Part shown: positions 1 to 11,860 of the stretch, in pieces
Layout: each line of letters begins with the position of its first letter
Position numbering within the stretch: the first letter of the stretch is position 1
Source of the DNA: Basidiobolus meristosporus CBS 931.73
Lineage: Eukaryota; Fungi; Basidiobolomycota
Reading direction: 5' to 3'
Length of the DNA: 64,000 nucleotides
Assembly (NCBI GenBank): GCA_002104905.1
Contig: MCFE01000042.1
Coordinates: 1 to 64,000 of the forward strand
Program-made: the position numbers and the translations under genes
Notes under the pieces: generated by a model
The model's database searches: none
What the model saw: the letters and a program-made list of their open reading frames with translations, nothing else
Told to the model about the DNA's origin: nothing

Positions 1-1129
1 GGGAAGAATCTACGGTAAATGTACTCTTGTACCATATGAAGGTTGGAACACTACTTTACTTCCAGCTTATCCATCGTCCATGATACTTGGAAATGAAAAT
101 ACGAACGGTATATTGCTCATGAAGTCTTTGCATTCATTGGATGGTTTGAGCCTAACTTCAAGATAATAATATATACCACTGTTTGGAAATATTAGAAAGG
201 TTTTCTCAACCGTCCCTTTTTTGACTAGGCATTGGGCGATGCTCAATTGCTCTAAATCTTTCCCATGGATGAGTAAGCCTGTATTGGCTATACTGGAAGC
301 AACTTCTGATACAATATTGGTAAGCACTTAGTGTTGCCGTCTCATTTATATTGAGTAGATGAAACTAATTTTTTTATTTCAAACATCCGAGAGCGAGGCT
401 TCTTCTCGTCGTTGCATTCCCGATAACTATGCGTATAATACAGGCTTGACTATCCAATTTGTAGGAGTGTAAGTAGCTAATGAAATGAGCAATAAGAAAA
501 CAACTTGGATTATTTGTGTTTGAAAGTTGTAGTGATCAAGTCTGCTCTCTGATTATATTAAGCTTTACCCTACTGAGGACAGAGTATGATAGTTATATAT
601 AATACGTCTTACACAGGAGATACCTTTCGAGCAGTTGTCACCTGAAAAGATATTAAGAACTCATTAGTGATAGCAGAACGTTTCCAATACAGATGCAGAA
701 CATAGCATCAGACCATGTTAGGCATTCGACTATACATGCTTGCGAATAGTATAAAACATTTGTTTGTTTCTCTAAACTATTTTTATTTAAACGACTGGAT
801 GCGTTCTCATTACTTCATTACCAAAACATTTAGGCAGGATGGGTAATGTACAAAATTTGCAATTATCAAAGCGAGACATCGCTTAAATATGCTGAAATAG
901 AGGCTAGATGTAAAATCGGAAATTGACTTATTGCTTCGGTCTCTTACAACAGTATGAAGCAGCCTAATCTGACCATCCACTCCGATATGCAACATACCTA
1001 TTACCATGGTATTTTTGCCCCGGGGCAACCGCCATTTTCGCTCTGTAATGAACTAATCATAAAGCTCTTCGCATGTTAGTGTCCCCGGCCTAGGATTTAA
1101 TCCAACTATTTCATACATCAGTTTAGTAG

Positions 1130-2342
1130 CAGGTCCTTGATCAGTTCGCAAACAGATTTACAATGTGCGCCTTGATGTGGCGTCATTGGGCTGATCAGTT
1201 TGTCATGTCACAATGGGACCATACTAACAAGATTGAGTGGGGGGATACGACGGAAGACGTGACTGGGTGCTTGAGGCTATCTAAGGTATACGCCAGATAT
1301 TCAGCAGCCTAGAATAACTCATTCATCTCATCAGTCGATGGTTCGATTGATATGGTAATGGCGACCATGCATCTTTATTGCCAAATCGGCTCGTTAGTCC
1401 GCTCGTGCAATGGTCCCACTTCTTTGACTGTCACTTTGCTTTGGCAGCCTTACTAACCTCCAGCTATTTCTCCGAGAGCAGCCGACTGCCGATGGCTGGC
1501 CTCAGCAAAGCCTGACTATTTAATGGCTGCCTATCCCCCTAGTTGAGACTCAGCTTTCCCAGTTAACCATGAAATTCCTTGCAGTCATCCAAGCAGCCCT
1601 CCTGACCTTCACCGTGGCAGCCTCTCCTGTCAGCGTTGGAGCAACCAAGGATCTCTACAAGCGACTGAATGTCAACGACACCGTATTCCTGATGCTCGAC
1701 CATCAAGCGGGACTGATGTCCATGGTGGATGACTGGCAGTCGAATGAGTTCAAGGCCAATGTTCTGGGCCTGGCCGAGGCATCCTCATTGCTGGACATCC
1801 CGGTAGTGCTCACCTCGAGCATTGAGGACGGGCCCAACGGACCCCTGATGCCCGAGGTAAAGAGCCTCCTCAAGAACGCGGTTTACGTCCCTCGCAAAGG
1901 GGAGATCAATGCCTGGGACAACGCTGACGTGGTCAAGGCAATCGAGGCAACCGGCAGAAAGCAGATCGTGATGGCAGGAATAGTCACGGATGTGTGCGTA
2001 ACCTTCCCCGCACTGTCCGCAGTGCAAGAAGGCTACGAGGTGTTCGCAGTGCTCGATGCGTCCGGGACGTTCAACCAGGGGGTTCGCGATTCCTCGTTGG
2101 CGCGCATGGTCCAGGCGGGTGTCCAGCCCATGAACTTCTTCTCTACAGTGTGTGAATTGGCCCGTGACTGGAGACACTTTGCTGATGGCAGTCTCGGTGC
2201 GCTCTTTGCCAAGTACATCCCTGACTACAAGAACCTGATGACCTCCTACTCTGCGTTTGCCAAATCGCAGTAAGCAAATTGCATCAAACCAAGTATCTCA
2301 CTCTTGCTTCCCCAAGAGTGCCGCACAAGTTGCTCAATAAAG
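1130..2342 (+). repeat. Duplicated unit copy 1 (about 440 bp upstream region + ycaC + 3' end to AATAAA)
   Basis: Near-identical to about 6255-7467 and about 12405-13618. Homology starts near CAGGTCCTTGATCAGTT and ends just after AATAAAG. Confidence 0.9.
1569..2273 (+). CDS. ycaC: Secreted YcaC-type isochorismatase-family cysteine hydrolase, copy 1 (intact, intronless)
   Basis: 234-aa ORF. A hydrophobic N-terminus (MKFLAVIQAALLTFTVAA) precedes a domain with YcaC hallmarks: LDHQAGL (catalytic Asp), GPNGPLMPE, INAWDN, AGIVTDVCVTFPALSA (nucleophilic Cys), DASGTFN, CELARDWR and the C-terminal IPDYKNLMTSY. Confidence 0.9.
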   Translation: MKFLAVIQAALLTFTVAASPVSVGATKDLYKRLNVNDTVFLMLDHQAGLMSMVDDWQSNEFKANVLGLAEASSLLDIPVVLTSSIEDGPNGPLMPEVKSLLKNAVYVPRKGEINAWDNADVVKAIEATGRKQIVMAGIVTDVCVTFPALSAVQEGYEVFAVLDASGTFNQGVRDSSLARMVQAGVQPMNFFSTVCELARDWRHFADGSLGALFAKYIPDYKNLMTSYSAFAKSQ

Positions 2343-2796
2343 TTTTTCGTATGATTATCAGTTTCCTTTATGATTGTTTAGTATTGATTTCAGCTGCATA
2401 ACATATAACACCCTTATAGTTGAATATGAAGTAATGTGTAAGGAAGCTCGGCTAATTGAAGTAAAAATCCAAGAAAATAGCAACGCCAACTAGCACTGTA
2501 GAATCAGTAGTAAATTCCAGTACTGTATTGACATACACTAGTAAAATAAAGATAAGTGGAGAGCTGCCCTCCCCCTCCCCACCATCGATATCAGTGCTCA
2601 GACAGAGTTTCAGTTCCAGTACCTCCCACTACGTGGAGAATGAAGAGCACTTACAAGCTCCGCAGGCCGTAACCAATGTTGTGGATCAAAATATCAAATG
2701 CTTTTGATAGTAAGCATCAGTTATTTATAAAATGCAACTTCTTGTATCTATTAGGGTATTATTCGTATGTTACATGATGATTTCTAGACTATGATA

Positions 2797-4656
2797 CTAG
2801 TGTCTTTGCATCTTGAGATACTTGATGCCCCAAGAAAAGAGGAACGCCGCTCCGGACATTGCAATGGCAATGATAAACACGGTACGCAAAACGTGAACAT
2901 AGACATCGATGACTATGCTCTTCTCTTCTGCCGGGAGTGTGTTGAGAAATTCGAAATTGCTGGTGGCTTCCTTGATAGGAACATGGAAGGTCAAGGCTTC
3001 CAATCCAGTGCTTAGCTTGTTGTTGAACAATGCGCCAAAAATTGAGATTCCAAGAACTCCTCCGATGGTACGGAAGAAAGCTGACAGTGCAGTGACGATT
3101 CCCATATCTTTGTGTGTGACTGATGCCTGTCCTGCGAAGATCAAAGTTTGCACACAACAGCCAGCACCCACGCCCAAGATGAGCAAGAAACCAATCTGTT
3201 CTCCACGGCCAGTGTTCGCATCCCAAACAGTCAGCAGTCCTACTCCAACTGTCATAATGGCTGATCCAACCCAACACCAGATGACAATCACTCCAGTCTT
3301 CGACACTATCAATCCAGATATGATACTCAACGTTGACACTGAAAGCATCATCGGCAACATTTCTAGGCCTGATGTAGTGGCTGAATCACCACGAACGATC
3401 TGGAAGTACAATGGAATGTAGTAGATCAAACCGAAGAATGCCATTCCAAAGAAGAACATGGTGAAGAATGTGAACAGCGGAGTGCGCATGGAGAATAAGC
3501 GACAAGGTACAATAGGCTCTGCGGCGTAGCGATACTCGACGATGATGAAGGCGATCAAAAGCACACCGGAGACGCAGTATAGTGCTATGATCTTGGCGGA
3601 ATTCCAAGGATAAGTACTGCCACCCCATTGAGTAGGCAATAGAAGAGTGATGATGAACCCGAGAAGCAGGACAGTACCGAGGAAATCGATTCGCTTGATC
3701 TTTTCTTTGAGAGAACCTTTGGCAGTAGGGAGTCTCAGGTACAGTGACACGACAACTACAGTAAGTGCGCCAATCGGAAGATTGATATAAAAGGACCATC
3801 TACGGAAAGACAACTATATAAATACTTGAAACTGATGCCATAGATGCGCGAAACATACCTCCAAGTACTGTCATCCGTGAAGACGCCACCCAAAAGTGGG
3901 CCAAGAACTGAAGAGATTCCATACTACAAGTAAGCGACGGTCAGCATTGTTGTGAGTTGGACTCCTGGCTGATTTGTACTTACTGTTGCTCCGATAAATC
4001 CTTGGTATTTTCCGCGCTCTCTGATGGGTACAATCTCGGTGATAATGATAAACACCATTCCTTGAACTAGTAAAAATGTTAGAGTTGGAAACCAGCAAAG
4101 TTACTTGGCTTGAACTACTTACTGCCACCACCACCGATGCCAGCGATGGCTCTTGCCACGATGAGCATGGTCATGTTTTGTGAAGATCCACAAATAGCAC
4201 TGCCAGCTTCAAAAATGACAATGGCGAAGAGAAAAGCTGCTTTGCGACCGAAAATATCTGAGAACTGACATAAGGGTTAGAACCAAGGGAAGCATTCTAT
4301 CAAGATGTCTATTCCACAGTACCTTTCCATAGAGTGGCTGACAAGCGGTAGCGGTCAACATATATGCCGTGGCTACCCAGGCGATCTGATCGAAAGCATC
4401 AAAGTCGGAGGCAATCTTAGGCAATGCTGTTGCTACGATAGTTTGATCAAGACCGGCTAATAAAATGGACAATGCGAGACCAAGGAAAACTAGCATGAGT
4501 TGGGAAAACGGCAGTTGTATAGGACCGGTGGGGGCTTCGCTACTTGGCGGAGCCAATTTGGATTCGTTTTTTTCCAAATCGCCTTTAGCTTACTGTATCT
4601 AAGGGCTCAGAACCCGCAGGCTTCTCCGCCAAAGTTGAAGTCTGTTCATTACTCAT
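2797..4656 (-). CDS. MFS drug:H+ antiporter (DHA2/14-TMS, EmrB/QacA-like), 4 introns; apparent +1 indel near the 5' end
   Basis: Motifs LDQTIVATALPKI, WVATAYML, PLYGK|FSDIFGRK, GPLLGG, WSFYINLPIG, RIDFLG and FFRTIGGVLG. GT-AG introns join ORFs 4209-4577 and 2797-3813. The ATG at 4656 (MSNEQTSTLAEKP) is one base out of frame at about 4590. Confidence 0.88.
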
Positions 4657-6691
4657 TTTGTAAATACTGATTCTGCGTAACACAAGCCCTGGTCACATTC
4701 TTATATAACTTTTGTTTGCCAATCAGGCCTTCCATATTGGGATTAGTGAACTTTGGAATAAATCCACCATATCCAGTTTATTTCATATCCCTTCGGCCTC
4801 AGCTCGGCGCCGAATTTTTCGCTGATAAACCAAACTTGGGCAACTTCAATTGTGGAAGTTGATGAGTGTTTTTCTCGGGGTTTTCAGGGAGCAGTTACTA
4901 GGTGCTGGAAAGATATCGTTTTTGGTGGTCTCAATCCAAACTAATGGACGGTTATGTTGGTTATAGTTACTTCGAACATACAAATAGCTAACCACACCTC
5001 CTTCATGAAGGCAAGAGATAGTATCTACATGGTAAACAAGTTGCGATAAAAGAATTCTGCAAGTGTTAGTCTAGAGTACTAAATGTGCTACTTATGACCA
5101 TTTAGGCTATCTTCACTCCAACACTGGGGGACATTGGATAACTATTTGAGAATACTCTGAACGAACGACTCTATTTCGGAACATTCCGCAATCCATCCTG
5201 TCCGCAATACAAAATCATATCCTATATGGAAACTCGTTACACCAAACCCAGTTGTTGTATATCGTTTTTAGGGACTTTTTTCACACACTTCATCAATTTT
5301 CTCGGTAACCATCTAGAACATTACGCAAATACTGATGAGCTTAGATGGCCATTATTTATTTTGGGGCAAAAACAAATGAGCATGTCATCCAACATTGGTG
5401 AGCTAATAATCTCAGAAATCTTACCTTAGCGTCGGTGCTTTGAGAGTATCCAATCGCTCCTTTAGCCTGATTTGTATCCCGAATGTGGCTTGCTCTAGTG
5501 GCCCAAAACACTGTATTGAGCCTTCAAATCGCCACATTTCTCGTTTATCTTAATTCGCATCAGGTTACTGAGCTGTAGAGAGGTTCCTGGAACAGGGTGT
5601 CCGTATTTTAGTACAACTACGAATATTCTGCGTATTACGTGGTTGCATGTTGGTAAAGTCCAAATTGAAATTAGGTTTTTCTAGATATTTCGCTATACAT
5701 TTAGTAGTAACCAGAAAAAGATATTGCCTGACTATTATTTGATTCTTTTGGTTCGTCCACTCTACAGAAGTACCATTAGTGTTGTAATTAATGAGCCCTA
5801 CAAGATGAATCAGGTTAAGTTAGTTTAAAATATATGAAGGATGTTCAAGAATCTACTCACCAGTAGATCAATATTGCGTATTTCTAGCTCGTAAAACTAT
5901 GTAGGATATACTTTCTTCATACTCTGTCAGATTAAGTAGCACTAGAGGGAATTGAGCAACCGCATTTGGGGAAGACGTGAAAACTATAATCTAAGAAGAT
6001 AGTTCAATTTATTCTGGTAATAAAGGGCTAATTTCTTGAAGAGCGTTCTATATCCTGTGAGATTTGGCAAAATGAATCTATCTCCTCTATTGTGCGTTAC
6101 CATCGGTAATATCAGGGTATCTTCGATACCGGGTATCCGTACGAATGGCATTGAACTATCATTGCTCTATGCTAGGTTGATGATATTGCACAGAGTGCCG
6201 GTATTTCTAGCTTAGATATATAAGCAAACCGCTTCGTACATCAGTTCAACAACAGGTCCTTGATCAGTTCGCAACCAGATTTACAATGTGCGCCTTGATG
6301 TGGCGTCATTGGGCTGATCAGTTTGTCATGTCACAATGGGACCATACTAACAAGATTGAGTGGGGGGATACGACGGAAGACGTGACTGGGTGCTTGAGGC
6401 TATCTAAGGTATACGCCAGATATTCAGCAGCCTAGAATAACTCATTCATCTCATCAGTCGATGGTTCGATTGATATGGTAATGGCGACCATGCATCTTTA
6501 TTGCCAAATCGGCTCGTTAGTCCGCTCGTGCAATGGTCCCACTTCTTTGACTGTCACTTTGCTTTGGCAGCCTTACTAACCTCCAGCTATTTCTCCGAGA
6601 GCAGCCGACTGCCGATGGCTGGCCTCAGCAAAGCCTGACTATTTAATGGCTGCCTATCTCCCTCGTAGAGACTCAGCTTTCCCAGTTAACC

Positions 6692-7398
6692 ATGAAATTC
6701 CTTGCAGTCATCCAAGCAGCCCTCCTGACCTTCACCGTGGCAGCCTCTCCTGTCCAGCGTTGGAGCAACCAAGGATCTCTACAAGAGACTGAATGTCAAC
6801 GACACCGTATTCCTGATGCTCGACCATCAAGCGGGACTGATGTCCATGGTGGATGACTGGCAGTCGAATGAGTTCAAGGCCAATGTTCTGGGCCTGGCCG
6901 AGGCATCCTCGATTGCTGGACATCCCGGTAGTGCTCACCTCGAGCATTGAGGACGGGCCCAACGGACCCCTGATGCCCGAGGTAAAGAGCCTCCTCAAGA
7001 ACGCGGTTTACGTCCCTCGCAAAGGGGAGATCAATGCCTGGGACAACGCTGACGTGGTCAAGGCAATCGAGGCAACCGGCAGAAAGCAGATCGTGATGGC
7101 AGGAATAGTCACGGATGTGTGTGTAACCTTCCCCGCTCTGTCCGCGGTGCAAGAAGGCTACGAGGTGTTCGCAGTGCTCGATGCGTCCGGGACGTTCAAC
7201 CAGGGGGTTCGCGATTCCTCATTGGCGCGCATGGTCCAGGCGGGCGTCCAGCCCATGAACTTCTTCTCTACAGTGTGTGAATTGGCCCGTGACTGGAGAC
7301 ACTTTGCCGATGGCAGTCTCGGTGCGCTCTTTGCCAAGTACATCCCTGACTACAAGAACCTGATGACCTCCTACTCTGCGTTTGCCAAATCGCAGTAA
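6692..7398 (+). CDS. ycaC: Secreted YcaC-type hydrolase, copy 2 (two +1 insertions as sequenced; error or recent pseudogene)
   Basis: 707 bp vs 705 bp for copy 1. There is an extra C at about 6754 (tgtCcagc) and an extra base at about 6911 (tcGAttg). The downstream protein is identical to copy 1. Confidence 0.75.
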
Positions 7399-8351
7399 GC
7401 AAATTGTATCAGACCAAGTATCTCACTCTTGCTTCCCCAAGAGTGCCGCACAAGTTGTTCAATAAAGCTTGAAAGTTGGGTTCCAATATTACCAGTAACT
7501 GTTTCGTAGTCATCATAGTTGATCCGTATAATATGTTCAGTTCCTGAGCCGATTTACACATAACATGCAACTCCCAATTTGTTTAAAATGTGTTCCGGAC
7601 TTGGCTTTATTATGCTTACTGCGTTGTGTCAAGAATCGATGGGACGTTAATAAACGGCCCTTTCTCTTCGGATAGATGTTGTATATGTATATATGTATGG
7701 ATATATATATATATTATGCTCAACCCCAGCAAGTAATACAGGTAAACGAGCAAGCGCGACATAATCAGCAATATTTTCCAGGCCGACCTACTATTTTAGC
7801 TGGCTTTGATCGCACCATATCGACATGCACTAGATACAATCCATTATACTAGACGGCTGCTATATCGGACTGCCTCAGCTGATCCTCTTCATAGACTGGC
7901 CAAAGCAAAGCTTCATCGATTGGCCAGTGTTGGGACAGTATGCAGATTTAAGCTGGCAATTCATTCGCCACTCACCGAGCAAATTGAGAGTCAATAAGCG
8001 CGCTATTTATCCTACGCCAATGCACCCATTTGGTAAAATTATCCAAAAGCCGGTATCAGGATGGTGACAGAAAGGTGATCAGAGTGGCGAAATGGCGATC
8101 TACTGGACCGTGTCCACTCTGAGAGCAATTCAAATGAATCGAAATATTCGCTGTAGGGTGCGGATGACAAATGTCCATGGTGGGGACCAGCCTGCTACCC
8201 TGCAGTGTCGGAAAAGCTTTCCTAATGCTCTGTAAGGCACTTAGGGTTGTGTAACGGAACATCACTGAATGCTACATGCTCTGTAGAATGGTCGGATCCG
8301 ATGACCGACGTGAGAAGAAGTCACAAAGCTGTTCTGACTGTTCGTTGCAAC

Positions 8352-9804
8352 ATGAAAGCCCTTAGCACCTTGCTCCTTGTTCTATCCGTCACTGGCAGCT
8401 TGGCAGGATCGTTACTCTCAGATGATGTATCCCGGTGTCTGTACACCCTTCCCCGCGAGAAAGTCTTCCTTCCTGGTCATGTTAGATACGACTAGGCAAG
8501 ATTCAACTAGAATGATAGGCTCTCCGAGGTTTTCCCTCCTGTGGATGACCGCCCCACACACACGCAAGACGTGGCACTCGCCGTGAGGTGTGCCAACAAA
8601 AGCGGCCTGAAAGTTATTGCTCGCAGTGATGGCCACGATTATGAGGGCTACGGCCTCGGTGGCGAAGACGGCAAGATGGTCATTGATTTCGTGAACATGC
8701 ACAAAACCCAGTTTGACGACAACAATCGCACTGTGTCAGTCGAGGCTGGCCAGTTGGTGGGCAGGCTCTTGCATTCTCTGTGGAAAGAGTGTGGTGCAGG
8801 CCTCCCACATGGTAGTGAGCCAGGAGATTGGGGTTGGTGGCCATACTCTTGGCGGTGGTTACGGCCTGTATAGTCGCCTTCACAGACCAAAGCTGGATAG
8901 GGTGGAGTCTATGGAGGTTGTCACCGCCACCAGGGATGTTGTTGTTGTCAGCAAAGACAAGAACAAAGACCTATTCTGTGCTCTGTTGGGCGCAGGTCAC
9001 AGCTCCTACGGTGTAGTGACAAGGTTTCAATTCCGCTACTTCCATGCGCCTACCAGGTTCCCGGTATTTTCACTCACATAGCCCACTAGCCCCGGGAACT
9101 TCAGCGATGTGCTTATTGGGGTGCAAGAATGGTATGCCAGCAACCCGGCCAAGGAAATCACCGCCATCTTCCACATCCTACCCGGAGGCTCTATCCGCGT
9201 GTCTGGCACAATCCTCACTGGCAACACCCAGAAACAGGCGAAGCTATTCCGAGAGATCGTCGACAAACTTCCGTGGACAACTCTGATCACCAACCAAAAA
9301 ATGAGCCTACCCGAGTCATTCTTGTATTTCGCCAGCAACGGTCCTAACATGGCGATTGACAATTTGGCCAAGACCCAACGCAGATTAGTCAAAAGTTATT
9401 ACAAAGCCAAGTCTGGCTACTTGGTCAAGCCGGTGACCAAGGAGGTGGCAAGAAAAGTCTACGACATCATGAGCTCGATTGACGGCCAGGCGTTCATCAT
9501 GTTTGGCATGCAAGAGGGACAGATCGGCAAGCACTCGGCTCACGCCACCTCATTTGTCCACCGCGATACCATATCCAGCATCCAAATTGGAGTCTTCAAT
9601 GCCACACGTCTCCCTTGGCTCCACGAGATCTACAACACACTCCAACCTGACTTCCCCAAAGGCTACCAAAACTACATTGACCATGACGAGAAGGGCTGGA
9701 AGAAGGCCTACTACGGGGACAACTTTGATAGACTGGTTCGCATCAAGAACAAATATGACCTCAGGAATGTCTTCCAATTTGCACGAAGCATTCCATTGAA
9801 CTAG
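8352..9804 (+). pseudogene. BBE-like (FAD_binding_4 + BBE) secreted FAD oxidase pseudogene, copy A
   Basis: Signal peptide MKALSTLLLVLSVTGSLA, RSDGHDYEG (RSGGH-type FAD-His motif), GGHTLGGGYG, GYQNYID and C-terminal YYGDNFDRLVRIKNKYD-RNVF. In-frame TAG at 8493, 8508 and 9079, plus a +1 frameshift at about 8823. Confidence 0.85.
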
Positions 9805-10319
9805 AAAATAACGTAGACAGCTAGAATACCATGAATATTATAGAATAAATGTATTATTGGTCAACAATCGTATAGAATTTTATTTGACTGACGAGATATA
9901 TGCATCTGAAACAACTACTTTCACTGTGGAAAAACGAGTGTTTTGCAGCAAATAGATTTCTTGGGAACTAGGAGTGGGATATGATTGACAAGTAGATGTT
10001 ACTAGATGAGTATCTTTCTTTGTTTATTACATGATATATCCTGATAAACAAGCATTTGCTTTTTTTTTGGAATTATTTTGAAAATTTCTTACATGCTATT
10101 TATCTTCGCACAAGACCCAAATCATGCCTCCTACCAGTGAATATCTTGATATTAGTGTGTGTGTATCAGTACCTAAGCGTTCTATCAAATACAATGGAGT
10201 CAAGCGTCTTTTATCGCTGCGTTTTTACTGGAATACCCCTGGTTTGAGGGAGTTACCATTGCACGCTCAACAGTCAATGACAGTGTGAAATATGATGTCA
10301 TCTAGTACCACCACAAAGC

Positions 10320-11860
10320 TGTTTGAAGTATATCAAGATTAACAGTAATGATATATTTGAAAACATTGGACCTGTACCAGATAATCACACCGAGAATATA
10401 TACCAAAAACCTCTTAAGAGGATGCTATCCAAGTGGAGGATCAAGAGAAAGATGAAATTGGCCTCGCTGCTGCAGATGTCTGGGGAAGTATACATTGACT
10501 CGCGCACAAGTGGACCCGCGAATGGTTTTACTTCCTTGAAAGCTCGATAAAAGATGGAAAATGCCAAAAATGTCTCATCACTGGATTATTCCTTTTTCTT
10601 TCTTCCTTCGGATCACTTTCGCACGCTCATACAGAGAATTAGTGCTTATGCTAGTAGTATTGACCCCTGGACTGACATTTCATTTGCCGAGTACATGGTG
10701 TGGATTACATTGATTAACCATTCAGACAAAAAAAACATATTGGAAGCAAGGCTCGTCTCATTTCTGGGTGAAGATCAACTACACAGAATATATGTCGTAT
10801 AGAAGATTTAAAGATATCTTGAGAATGCACATTCTTGAAATTGCTTCCTGAGAATATCAAGCAATCAATGCTCTCTACCAGGTTAGATCAACTGTTAAGA
10901 AAGTCCCAAGAAAGTCGCATCGTACTGGCCAGGAGTTCAAGGCCTTAGCAGACTACCACACTGCTTGTATCCTGAGAATAGATGCTGTCAGTGTTCGATT
11001 ACAGAGGGAGTATGACAGTGATCCTGGTCTGTCTGAGGTGACTTCCACTGTCAAACGATTGGTAAAACCTTGGTTTTATTAGTTATTGCTGACTCTTGGT
11101 TAGGATCCCCAAATATGACAATGATGTTGACTGAACTTGGTCTATATTCGATTATGCAAGTGACCAAATGCTGCTACTGGCCATGTGGTATGGCCACCAC
11201 TGCTATTTCTGCTAGTATTGACCACTCGTATAGGGCTTACTTCACTATGAAAAAGACAACAAGGAATGGGAGAATCTTTGTCTGTGTCTACCGTGATCAC
11301 AAAATCAAGGCATTCGTTTCTTCATGCAGCACTGCAAAGCTTAATGGATGGAGAACCTTTGAGGGGATGCCGGTGAAATGATAACTATCTAGCGACCTGA
11401 AGTGGCTGAAGAATATGAGTCCCATAGAAGTAAGTAGAACTCCGTCCTGAAGAAGCAAGATGTATTCCATTTCTTATATTTTTAGGTTCGGTTGATGCCG
11501 CGAATAATCTTCGAGATAATTTGACATCTTACCATGATGTTATACTACAGAAAGATAGGAGATGCATTTCTACTGCTTTATCCCGGGTATCTGTGAAGCC
11601 AATGCTTATGGCATGTTTGCGTATCAAATTTCACTTTCAAGGATGCTCTTGTATACAAGTTCTTGCAATATTTAACTAGTACAGATATGAAGGTACCACC
11701 TGGTAGCCAGAGGCAACTCAGAAGTGACGAAAACCACACTTGTTTGTCAATGAGTGAAGGTCATGGGACAAAGCGCCGCAGACTTGTTCTGCGGCTCATG
11801 TCACAGGCACTAAGGTTGAATTTTTATGACACAAAATCAAAAGAAAATGGCTTCTATTAA
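10320..11860 (+). mobile_element. Degenerate piggyBac-like (DDE_Tnp_1_7-type) transposase remnant
   Basis: Fragments across frames read RRFKDILRMH; KVPRKSHRTGQEFKALADYHTACILRID...TVKRLVKPWF; IADSWLGSP...GLYSIMQVTKCCYWPCGM; VYRDHKIKAFVSSC; VAEEYESH; VDAANNLRDNLTSYHD; GICEANAY; and a C-terminal CxxC-like stretch. These match recalled fungal piggyBac-like transposase motifs in the expected order. There are multiple stops and frameshifts, and I found no TIRs. Confidence 0.7.

Larger units (their letters stand above)
6240..9850 (+). repeat. About 3.6 kb segmental duplication, copy A (ycaC + intergenic + BBE-like oxidase)
   Basis: Colinear and near-identical to about 12390-16000, with a constant offset of about 6151-6153 bp (7398/13549, 8247/14400, 9804/15957). 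Confidence 0.92.

Noticed and set aside
67-1028. Short ORFs at 67-327 and 810-1028, and similar ones at 5226-5429, 16659-16841 and 21069-21272
   Set aside because: AT-rich with no recognisable motifs; they could be TE debris but I cannot support a call.
1785-2218. Antisense ORFs over the ycaC copies (also 6874-7343 and 12884-13494)
   Set aside because: They are shadows of the GC-rich sense CDS and recur only because the DNA is duplicated.
8490-9081. RIP-like CpA-to-TpA signature in the BBE stop codons
   Set aside because: Any transition creating TAG from CAG or TGG is necessarily of this type, and other inferred changes are in CpG or CpC context, so this is not evidence for RIP.
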